Below, piece after piece: positions 1 to 8,003 of a DNA stretch of 33,699 nucleotides. Below the pieces are notes generated by a model. It saw only the letters and a list, made by a program, of their open reading frames with translations, made no database searches and was not told the DNA's origin. This DNA is from a virus. The translations under genes were made by a program, and so were the position numbers. Each line of letters starts with the position of its first letter. Within the stretch, counting starts at the first letter, position 1. The stretch lies in UHGV virus genome UHGV-0139590, one strand, 5' to 3'.

Positions 1-3000
1 CGTCGGCGTCTGTCCGGGCGCAATGGCCGCAGTGGGCGCAATGCGCGCAACGGGAAGGACGCCAGCCGCAACCGTGGCGCTGACAAGGGTAAGGGCGGCA
101 CCAGCTCGCGCACCGACGGCGAGAAGGGCAAACGTCCGGGTAAATCCGGCCAGACTGATGGACCACAGACCGACAAGAGCCGCTCAAAATCCAGCCCGGA
201 GAAGGCAGGAAAGCCGGGCAAAACACCGGGCAAGGCACCGACCACTAAAGCACCGGGCGGCAAGCTGAAAGCGATCCTGGGCGGCAAGGCGGTCAAGGTT
301 GCTGGTGGCGTGGCCGCGACCGGCGCACTGACGACCACTGCCGCTGCGCAACTGCCGGAAAAAGCCGCCGCCGTCGCCACTGAGAAAGCCGCAGCACAGG
401 CCGCGAAAACCGCAGCACCTGCCGCCAGGGCCACAGAGAAAGCGATCACCACCGCCGCCAAACCAGCCGCAGAAGCGACCGCAAAAACTGTCGCCACTGT
501 AGCGGGTACAGGCACTGCCGCAGCCGGAACCACCGCCGCCGCGAAAGCGGTCAGCGCATCCGGGGCAAAGGCCGCAGAAACCACCGCCACCAAAACCGCC
601 GAGACGGCAAGCAAAACCGCCGTGAAAACGGCAGAAACAACCACAACCAAAGTCGCAGAAACCACGGCGACCAAAACTGCGGAAACGACGGCCACCAAAA
701 CGGCAGAAACCACCGCCACAAAGACCGCCACAAAAACCGCTGAAACCACCGCGACCAAAACCGCTACCGAGGCCGGGGAAGCCGCAACCAAAAAAGGGGC
801 GCTCAGTGTCGGTTCCAAGCTGGGCGCGAAAACAGCGTTAAAAGCGATCCCGCTTATTGGTACGGCGATCGGCGTCGGTCTGGATGCCTACGAAGGCGCA
901 ACAGACGAAGAGGGCCAGCGCGAGGCATTTAAGGTCGAGGAAGGGAAGCAGGTCAGCACGCAGCAGAAGTCCGCATTTACGATGGCTAACGTCATAAACA
1001 TGGGTGGGCTGGTATCTGGTGCAGCGGGGCTCCTTGCGTCCGGTGCCAGCGCCGTAGGGATGGATAAAGTCGCCGACGCGCTGACGTTCGACACGGCCAG
1101 CATCGCGAAGGGGCTGGATAGCGGCATGACATCCGTGCGTGACGCTGTAACGAAAGTGACTGAATCCTCAGACGGGCAGAGTAAAGCCGTCACCAAAGCG
1201 CTGTCAGATCAAACCCTGGCTATCAACGCCGGCACAGATAAAACAGTGGGCGCAATTAACCGTCTGGGCACCCAGATGCAGGGCGGGGAATGGGGTCAGG
1301 ATAACGTCGGCGTCGAAGGTAAAAAGGTTTCGGATTATGCGGCTGTCGCCGTCGATAACATTTCACCGGATCTGAATATCGGCGGTAAAAACGCGAAGGG
1401 CCGGTCGTTTCGTAATAATAACATTGGGAATCTCAATTACGTCGGCCAGGAAGGGGCGCGACTGGAAGATCCAAACGGCAAGGGTGAGGCGCGTTTCGCT
1501 AAATTCAACACGCCGGAAGAGGGGTTCCGTGGGCTGGCAAACCAGCTGACGCTTTACGCTAACGGCAAATCAAAAGCCACAGGCGGGCGCAAGCTCGAAA
1601 CCGTTGAGGACATTATCGGCGTATACGCGCCGAGTAATGAGAACAACACCCAGCAGTATATTTCCTCGCTTTCCACCAAGCTGGGCGTTAAATCCAATCA
1701 GCAGCTGGATATGACCAACCCGGAAGTGATGACGCAGCTGATGCGCGGCATTGCCACCATCGAGGGCGGTAATCCGCAGGTAACGGATCAGTTTATCCGT
1801 GACTCTATCGGCCAGCATGAAAACGGGAAATGGGTAGGCGGTAAATTCAGTGAACAGTCACTGAAAGTCGTGAACGAAGAGCGCGCAAAAAAAGGGCTGG
1901 CACCGGTTGCGGCCAACTCGCTCTACAGCAGCGGTTCAAAGGTGATCACCACGCAGGGCGGCGCAGAGCCTGTCCGGCCTGCCGTATCTGACAATGCGCC
2001 GGTTGCCACTGCCGCCGTTGTACCACCGCCAGCAGCGCCGGCACAACCCGTTACGCCACCGGCACCACCAGCGCCGGTTGTAGTGCCAGCGCCTGCCGCA
2101 GCTGCCGCACCGGTCAAAACGTCGGTATCGCCGATATCGTCCGCCGCAGCTGCCACGCACCCGCTGACTATAGCCGCACCAGCCGCAACCGCGAACGCTG
2201 CCAGCAGCACTGCCACTCAGACGCTGAGTGCTGCCGTCCCGGTTTCCACTGCCGCTGGTGGAGAAGCCGCACAACCGCTATCCGCAAAACAGCACGAAGC
2301 CCAGAAGGAGAAGCAGGAAAAAGCGAAAGAGGTCAAAGGCGCTGCCGGGGAAGACTCCATAACATCCCGTTTTAAGTCGATGTTTGACAAAGGAATGGCC
2401 GCAGTCTCGGGCGCTGTCGGACAGGGTGATGCCTGGGTGCAGGAAGTGATGCAGGAAAAAGGCATTGAAGGGATGAGCAAGAATCGCCCGGACGCCGGTT
2501 TAACGCTGCCAGCCGGGGTGAAACTGCCTGCCGCGTTAGCCGATGCAGCCCGCACACCGGCAGAGATCGCCAAGCAAACCCGCGCCACCAGCGCACAGCA
2601 GATCTCCGCCTGGGAATCCGCAGCACCGGCCAGCAGCAGTCCGACCAGTACCGCTGCCGGAAAAGTAATGCCAGTCGGTCCCGTCAGCGAGGCCGAAGCT
2701 GCGATTTCGAAAGCCAGTGCAGGCACGACCATTGTTCCCGGGGCAAGCGCCACGCAGCAGGAGCCAGGCATCTTTGACAGGGCAATGAGCGGCGCAGTGG
2801 ACGGGTTAAAAGCCGTCGGCGCGTCAATCATGCCCGCCATTGGCGACACGCTAAACCAGACCGTTAGCGGCTTTAGCGGTACGCAGGTTATCAGCGATCT
2901 GATGGGCCAGGCAGGCATGGCCGATCCGTCAGTGCAACGCGCGATCGCCCCTATTACCGATAAGGCCGGAAACTGGCTGGAAGGGGGCGTGGATACGCTA

Positions 3001-3399
3001 AAGGGAGCCTCCACCACATTATTCTCTGGTCAACTTTCCGAGGGGCGCGAGGGCCGCGAAGGGAAAGAAGGAGTGATGCAGAGTGCGCAGGCAATGACAC
3101 AACCACAAATCAGGGAGCAGCCCTCATCCCTTGCGATCCCCGCCGCCATGCAATCCGTTCAGGACCTGGCTCGAAGTGGTGTCCGTACACCGTTAAGCAG
3201 CGACAACACTGCAAATTACGATGTCGATATGCTCAAGGAACTGAGAGCAATGAGCGGAACGCTGGAGCAACTTCTGGGCGTATCAAAACAGAAAGACGAC
3301 GCACCAGCGAAAGTGGTGAACACCGCACAACCGGCACCGCGCAAAGATGCGGCGCTGTCCATCAAAGACGAAGCGCTTAGCGAGTTACTGAGGGATTAA
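1..3399 (+). CDS. Large virion structural protein, 5'-truncated at window edge (tape-measure / injection-protein-like)
   Basis: Frame 1 is stop-free from nt 1 to the stop at 3397-3399. First start-like codon in the window is GTG 310, but the 103 upstream codons are open and Lys/Gly-rich, so the gene probably starts upstream of the window. Contains 8-aa T/A/K/E tandem repeats, a conserved block RNNNIGNLNYVGQEG...FAKFNTPEEGFRGLANQLTLYANG, and a Pro/Ala-rich linker. Stop lies 2 nt before the next start. Confidence 0.6.
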   Translation, partial: RRRLSGRNGRSGRNARNGKDASRNRGADKGKGGTSSRTDGEKGKRPGKSGQTDGPQTDKSRSKSSPEKAGKPGKTPGKAPTTKAPGGKLKAILGGKAVKVAGGVAATGALTTTAAAQLPEKAAAVATEKAAAQAAKTAAPAARATEKAITTAAKPAAEATAKTVATVAGTGTAAAGTTAAAKAVSASGAKAAETTATKTAETASKTAVKTAETTTTKVAETTATKTAETTATKTAETTATKTATKTAETTATKTATEAGEAATKKGALSVGSKLGAKTALKAIPLIGTAIGVGLDAYEGATDEEGQREAFKVEEGKQVSTQQKSAFTMANVINMGGLVSGAAGLLASGASAVGMDKVADALTFDTASIAKGLDSGMTSVRDAVTKVTESSDGQSKAVTKALSDQTLAINAGTDKTVGAINRLGTQMQGGEWGQDNVGVEGKKVSDYAAVAVDNISPDLNIGGKNAKGRSFRNNNIGNLNYVGQEGARLEDPNGKGEARFAKFNTPEEGFRGLANQLTLYANGKSKATGGRKLETVEDIIGVYAPSNENNTQQYISSLSTKLGVKSNQQLDMTNPEVMTQLMRGIATIEGGNPQVTDQFIRDSIGQHENGKWVGGKFSEQSLKVVNEERAKKGLAPVAANSLYSSGSKVITTQGGAEPVRPAVSDNAPVATAAVVPPPAAPAQPVTPPAPPAPVVVPAPAAAAAPVKTSVSPISSAAAATHPLTIAAPAATANAASSTATQTLSAAVPVSTAAGGEAAQPLSAKQHEAQKEKQEKAKEVKGAAGEDSITSRFKSMFDKGMAAVSGAVGQGDAWVQEVMQEKGIEGMSKNRPDAGLTLPAGVKLPAALADAARTPAEIAKQTRATSAQQISAWESAAPASSSPTSTAAGKVMPVGPVSEAEAAISKASAGTTIVPGASATQQEPGIFDRAMSGAVDGLKAVGASIMPAIGDTLNQTVSGFSGTQVISDLMGQAGMADPSVQRAIAPITDKAGNWLEGGVDTLKGASTTLFSGQLSEGREGREGKEGVMQSAQAMTQPQIREQPSSLAIPAAMQSVQDLARSGVRTPLSSDNTANYDVDMLKELRAMSGTLEQLLGVSKQKDDAPAKVVNTAQPAPRKDAALSIKDEALSELLRD
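571..768 (+). repeat. In-frame tandem repeats (~24 nt / 8 aa, consensus TKTAETTA) inside the large virion protein
   Basis: Protein reads AETTATKTAETASKTAVKTAETTTTKVAETTATKTAETTATKTAETTATKTATKTAETTATKTATEAGE. DNA units use different synonymous codons (acc/acg/aca, gcc/gcg/gca, aaa/aag). Confidence 0.7.
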
Positions 3400-3401
3400 C
3401 C

Positions 3402-3764
3402 ATGTTAAACGAGATTGATGCGCTTTTGCGCGTGGATGCTGGCGGCGTAACCGTTAAAGAGGGGGCCGCAGATACCAGCTTTATGCGCCTCGAAGAGTGG
3501 TTGCGTACTCCGCTGGGCAGCGTTTACGGCCTGCCCAGCTGGGGCAATCCCATGCAGCGTTATAAGCACGAACCTATAGGCACCGAAAGCAGCCACATGG
3601 TCGAGGTCGCCATTGAAAACGATCTGGTGATGAAGTTACGCCAGGACCTGCCCAGCATTCAGCTTCAACAGGTGCGGTGTGAAGCGATATCAGAAGACAC
3701 GCTGAATATTCGTTTTGTGATGCCTGCGGGCGAAATGAACTTCCAAATGCAGATGACCAAATAG
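3402..3764 (+). CDS. Baseplate wedge protein, gp25/W-like (120 aa)
   Basis: ATG 3402 with GAGGGA about 7 nt upstream. Size and the motif LRTPLGSVYGLPSWGNP fit gp25/GPW-type small baseplate proteins. Sits immediately upstream of a J-like gene. Confidence 0.5.
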   Translation: MLNEIDALLRVDAGGVTVKEGAADTSFMRLEEWLRTPLGSVYGLPSWGNPMQRYKHEPIGTESSHMVEVAIENDLVMKLRQDLPSIQLQQVRCEAISEDTLNIRFVMPAGEMNFQMQMTK

Positions 3765-3772
3765 GCGACACC

Positions 3773-5221
3773 ATGAGCATTAACGAGTTACTCGAAAAAT
3801 TTAACGGACTACTGGAAAAAAACACCTGGTGGGCGCGCTATGCCAACAGTCAGTTCATCCAGATGATGAGCATCTTCGGTTCGCAAATTATCTACGCAGC
3901 CCAGTCACACGCGCGCCGCGCGTTGGGGGAAGGCTTTATTTCCACCGCCACGCGACGCTCAAGTATTCTCGCTGCCGCCGAGGATCGGGGCTATGTGGGA
4001 CGACTGATTATCCCGTCGTGGGGTCGCGTCAAAATCCGCAACAAATCCGATCGGGAGATCCAGCTGCCCGCCAATGCGGAGTTATTGTCGTCGCTGGACC
4101 TGCCTTACGTGACCGCTGACGCCGTAACAATCCCTCCCGGCCAGACCGTAATTATTGATAATGTCCGCCAGATGGACAAGGTGCTGATCAGCAGCGTGAT
4201 CGACATTGCACGCCCGTTCTATACGTTGCTCCTGCCGCGTGATATCACCGCTGAAACCGCCTCAATTGACGTGTTTGTGGTGATGGACGGCGAGAAGCGG
4301 GAATGGACCTATAACCCTATGTTTCGTCTGTCACGCGCCACCAGCGAGCATTACGTGCTTGTGTACCGGCCAACTGAACAATTAGGGGTCCGCTTCGGGG
4401 ATAACTCATCCGGGGTAATGCCACCAGCCGGAAGCCGGGTAGATATTGAGGTCTGGTGCAGCAATGGCGACACCACGCTGGCGCAGGGCCAGAAACTAAC
4501 GCCTGCCGGGAATATCGCTGACATGGTGGAAATGCTGGAAGTGATCACGGAAACGCCAATCACCGGGGGAAGTGGTTTTGAAACCACGGAAGAGACACGC
4601 CATCGTGCGCAGTATCACGCCGCATATGACGAGCAGGTTGTCTGGGGCGGCGATTACCGCTATTTCCTTCATCGCCAGGTGCAGGGGATGTCATGGCTGA
4701 ATGTCTGGGGTGAGCAGCAGCAGGAAGCCTTTACCGGCCTGCGCGACCTGCGCAATATCAACACCATTTTCATTTGCGGCCACAAGCCCGGCGTGGCGCA
4801 GGATCAGCTCGAAAGCCAGCTGCGTGCCAGCCTGGCTGCAATCCCTAACGCACTGAATAAGAACTTCCGTTACATGCCGCTGGTGGCGAAACCGTTCACC
4901 ATCGTTGTGACCGGCACGGCCAATAAAAACGTGGTTATCAACGACGCGAAGAAAACCATCACGGAGACGCTGGAAGCACGCTTCGGGTATGACGCTGACA
5001 GCTTCGGGGATGAGCTGGAACGCGGCACGGACGGCGACGGCCAGAACGCTCAGGTGAAGATTAAAGATATCTGGACATGCATTGACGAGCTGGCCCTGCT
5101 GAACCGGTATGAGATTGAGGTTGTCGGCATGCGCAAACCCGAAACGCTGAGCGATTTTATCTATCTCGACACCGTAAATTCTGTGTTTGATATCAAGCAG
5201 GCAGGGGAGACAACGCGGTGA
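3773..5221 (+). CDS. Baseplate protein, J-like (482 aa)
   Basis: Long ORF following the gp25-like gene; stop overlaps the next start (GTGA). Function assigned by gene order only. Confidence 0.5.
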   Translation: MSINELLEKFNGLLEKNTWWARYANSQFIQMMSIFGSQIIYAAQSHARRALGEGFISTATRRSSILAAAEDRGYVGRLIIPSWGRVKIRNKSDREIQLPANAELLSSLDLPYVTADAVTIPPGQTVIIDNVRQMDKVLISSVIDIARPFYTLLLPRDITAETASIDVFVVMDGEKREWTYNPMFRLSRATSEHYVLVYRPTEQLGVRFGDNSSGVMPPAGSRVDIEVWCSNGDTTLAQGQKLTPAGNIADMVEMLEVITETPITGGSGFETTEETRHRAQYHAAYDEQVVWGGDYRYFLHRQVQGMSWLNVWGEQQQEAFTGLRDLRNINTIFICGHKPGVAQDQLESQLRASLAAIPNALNKNFRYMPLVAKPFTIVVTGTANKNVVINDAKKTITETLEARFGYDADSFGDELERGTDGDGQNAQVKIKDIWTCIDELALLNRYEIEVVGMRKPETLSDFIYLDTVNSVFDIKQAGETTR

Positions 5222-7404
5222 TCAAAGACTGGATTAAAAACCACCTGATCCCTGAGAAACGTGACGCCGGGTTATGGCCCGGTTTTACCGACGCACTCCA
5301 GGAAACCTACGAAGATCAGATAGAGCCACTGCTTGAGCGCCTAAGCGCGCGTAAATCGTTCTTCACCATGCACCCGGACGATCTGGATAAGCGCATCAAA
5401 GAGTACGGGCAGTTTTTCGTTATTGGTCAAAACGGCACGGCCAGCAGGCCCATTCTGCTGACCCAGCGCCTTGATGAGGTTCATTTTAAAGGGACGGATC
5501 AGCCCATCATTGCAACTTTCTGGCGCGAATTCGGTAATCTACCGGTTACGTGGGAACCGCTTTATGCGCCGGTTGACCAAGATTTATGCCCCTACGGCAT
5601 GTTTTTCACCACCGCTGCTGGAATGGAGGTAGCCGCCGCCTCATTCGGTGAGTTTTTCCTCACGTCGCGCGGCACCATCAGCGTGGATCTCAACCGGCTT
5701 TATGAGATATACGGCTTTGATGAACAGGACAAGCTGGTTAAGCGCCTTATCAGCGATTTTGACCGTATCGTTGCCCCATTGCTGCCGCTGGAAACCGTCT
5801 TTGACGGGATCTCGCTGCGTCTCGACTTCTGGCTTGAAGAGGCTCGCGACGAGATCGAAATCCTCAGCATCACCACCGGTTCGAAAGAGCCTAATTTTGT
5901 ATTCCGGCCAGCCCGGGAGCTGATGCAGTTAACGCGCACGACTATCAAGCATCCTACCGCCGCATTTGCCCCGGATCGGCGATCGCTGGATACATTTATG
6001 CTGACGCTGGACGGCATGCCGTCCGATGCCTGGCGACTTGATATGCCTGTGATTATCCCGCCTTTGCTTCCGGGAGGCCCTGAAAACGATCCGCGTCTGC
6101 GCTCGGATAATGCGCGCTTGCTACTGGATACCCTCGGCCAGTGGGGCTGCGTGATGGAACTGACTACCGGCGACGTTCGCCGCCTGGCCTTCCCGGGTTG
6201 GGCGCTTGCCGTGGTGCTGCCGGTTGCCGTCAGTGACCGGGCGCTGATCCGCAAAATCACATGGTGTAGTGAACACGACTCACAGCAGGTAATGATGTCC
6301 GCGCAGGATAACGGCCAGCAAATGACTGTTAAGGGGCAAAACGTTACCGCTTCGGCGACATTGCAGATCCCCGCGCCGATTATGGTGCTGGAAGGTGCTG
6401 TTACCCATACGCAAACCATCGTCAGTAGCTTGCTTGCCGATACTGAGAGCCAGCATATCGCCTTTGATGAAACCCCCGCTGATGCCTGGCCGCTGGATAT
6501 GCAGACCATCGCCGCGCCTATTCTTGGATCGCGCCCGGACCCGCGCTTAACCAGCCAGGGCGACACGACTTTGCTGGATACACTCGGGATGTGGGGTTGC
6601 GTCATTGAGCTGGCCGGGGGAGAGGTTCGCCGTTATGCCTTCCCGGGTTGGGCTGACCGGGTGACGTTACCCATGCCGCTGGCCGTGATCGTGAAAATAA
6701 CCTACAGCGCAGAGCATGAGATCGTGAATGCAAGTGCATCCGTTCAGGACCAGGAGCAGGGCGTGAGCCTCAAGCGGAAATCCGTTGTCACCCCGCAAAC
6801 CGTGGCGCAGGAAGAGGACGCGGCCAGTCTGAGTAAGGTCAGTACCGCCACCACGCCGGATGTGCAAGGGCAAACCGCCAGCACTGACTCGCTGCCGGTA
6901 GCCTTTGATGAAACGCCAGCCGATGCGTGGCGGCTTGATGTGCAGACTATCCCTGCGCCGGTAGTGCCGGGATCGCGCCCGGACACCCGCCTGAGCAGTG
7001 ACGGCACAAAGGTCACGCTGGAGACACTCGGCATGTGGGGCTGCGTCATTGAGCTGACCACTGGCGATGTATTCCGCTTCGCCTTCCCTGGATGGGCTGA
7101 CCGCGCCATTCTGCCGTTTGAAATAGCGCAGATCCGCAAAATCACCTACAGCAACGAGCAGGATATCAATTCCCTGAGCGCCAACGTGCAGGAGAAGTCC
7201 GACCAGACCAGCACGGCAACTACCCGCGCCACGTTAAATCAGTCCGTGACGGAAACCACAACGGAAATGACAGGCGGACAGACCACAGACCAATGGAGTG
7301 CCACGGCAGAAGTGAATAAACCGAACGTACAGCCAGACCCGGCAACCATTGACAGTATGCCGCTTGACGCGTGGCCGCTGGACCAGGAGATCCCGCGAGA
7401 GTAA
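5218..7404 (+). CDS. Tail/baseplate protein with three tandem ~145-aa domain repeats (728 aa)
   Basis: GTG start overlapping the upstream stop, GGGGAG 9 nt upstream. Three repeats share DAWxLDxxxIxxPxxxGxRPxxRLxSxxxxxLLDTLGxWGCVxELxxGxVRRxAFPGWA, plus a partial fourth copy at the C-terminus (DSMPLDAWPLDQEIPRE). Confidence 0.65.
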   Translation: MIKDWIKNHLIPEKRDAGLWPGFTDALQETYEDQIEPLLERLSARKSFFTMHPDDLDKRIKEYGQFFVIGQNGTASRPILLTQRLDEVHFKGTDQPIIATFWREFGNLPVTWEPLYAPVDQDLCPYGMFFTTAAGMEVAAASFGEFFLTSRGTISVDLNRLYEIYGFDEQDKLVKRLISDFDRIVAPLLPLETVFDGISLRLDFWLEEARDEIEILSITTGSKEPNFVFRPARELMQLTRTTIKHPTAAFAPDRRSLDTFMLTLDGMPSDAWRLDMPVIIPPLLPGGPENDPRLRSDNARLLLDTLGQWGCVMELTTGDVRRLAFPGWALAVVLPVAVSDRALIRKITWCSEHDSQQVMMSAQDNGQQMTVKGQNVTASATLQIPAPIMVLEGAVTHTQTIVSSLLADTESQHIAFDETPADAWPLDMQTIAAPILGSRPDPRLTSQGDTTLLDTLGMWGCVIELAGGEVRRYAFPGWADRVTLPMPLAVIVKITYSAEHEIVNASASVQDQEQGVSLKRKSVVTPQTVAQEEDAASLSKVSTATTPDVQGQTASTDSLPVAFDETPADAWRLDVQTIPAPVVPGSRPDTRLSSDGTKVTLETLGMWGCVIELTTGDVFRFAFPGWADRAILPFEIAQIRKITYSNEQDINSLSANVQEKSDQTSTATTRATLNQSVTETTTEMTGGQTTDQWSATAEVNKPNVQPDPATIDSMPLDAWPLDQEIPRE
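5990..7404 (+). repeat. Three tandem coding repeats (~440-480 nt period) plus a partial fourth
   Basis: Repeat units begin near 6010, 6456 and 6898; partial copy 7346-7404. Similarity is visible at both protein and DNA level. Confidence 0.7.
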
Positions 7405-7416
7405 TGCAGTTATAGT

Positions 7417-7457
7417 GTGTGACTGTCATATTGTAATACAGTCACACGCACCTTTTT
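7417..7457 (+). terminator. Perfect 10-bp inverted repeat (GTGTGACTGT-N11-ACAGTCACAC) followed 5 nt later by TTTTT; terminator or operator
   Basis: Lies 13 nt after the stop of the 728-aa gene. The T-run is separated from the stem by GCACC, so an operator is equally possible. Confidence 0.4.
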
Positions 7458-7490
7458 CTTGCCTTCCCGGGCAGGAAACCCCTCAACGTC

Positions 7491-7510
7491 CAAAGTACAG
7501 ACTCAATAAC
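7491..7510 (+). promoter_or_regulatory. Conserved promoter-like box, copy 1 (CAAAGTACAGACTCAATAAC)
   Basis: Matches boxes at 12045, 12443, 20413 and partly 25250. Located about 35 nt upstream of the tail-fibre operon start. Confidence 0.4.
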
Positions 7511-7544
7511 ATCCGATCGATGAATCAATCAACAGGAGTTGAAA

Positions 7545-8003
7545 ATGTCGGAAGTTATTTCTTATGCGTCAGCCACTGGCGCGCTCTATAAAGCACAACT
7601 GCTGGATTACTACTACACACGCCGCGCGGATTCAGCCATCGGTCTGGGTAAACGCTTCCAGATGATGAAAGCCTATTGGGGTAAGTCGAATCTGGTTAAG
7701 CAAAATCCGACTGGTGGCTGGACCATTGACGATATCCCTACCAACTTCACAAACGCCAATTTGCTGGGCAAGTTTGCCGAGTGCGATCTGATCTGTACCC
7801 GCCAGGGCGCAACCATCACCGTTAACGTAGTGCTGCCGGAAAGTAAGCTGCCTGCTAACGCCGTGTATGACTTCAATACCCTGACGCTGGTTGATGCTGA
7901 TGGCGTCGCTTTTGCGGTTCTCTGCGCGCAGCAGGACAGCATCTACAAAGGCAAGATTTACAGCATCCTTCTGACCATCGAACAGAAAGGTAGCGGCGCA
8001 TGA
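7545..8003 (+). CDS. Small tail-fibre-operon protein (152 aa), function unknown
   Basis: ATG 7545 with AGGAG 6 nt upstream (an in-frame TTG at 7539 is less likely). Stop overlaps the next start (ATGA). Confidence 0.6.
   Translation: MSEVISYASATGALYKAQLLDYYYTRRADSAIGLGKRFQMMKAYWGKSNLVKQNPTGGWTIDDIPTNFTNANLLGKFAECDLICTRQGATITVNVVLPESKLPANAVYDFNTLTLVDADGVAFAVLCAQQDSIYKGKIYSILLTIEQKGSGA

Noticed and set aside
23-268. 81-aa Arg-rich ORF at the left edge
   Set aside because: It is out of frame with the long open frame that runs from nt 1 into the large virion protein. Its Arg/Ala-rich composition is typical of an off-frame read through GC-rich coding DNA.
2217-3017. Long antisense ORFs inside large genes (also 5700-6605, 14046-14837, 25669-26289, 28458-29618)
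   Set aside because: Each lies entirely inside a longer, better-supported sense gene. They have Ser/Ala/Arg-rich composition and no SD, as expected for antisense artefacts in GC-rich DNA.
571-7404. CRISPR array
   Set aside because: All tandem repeats seen are in-frame coding repeats with variable units. There is no repeat-spacer architecture of 28-37-bp identical repeats.
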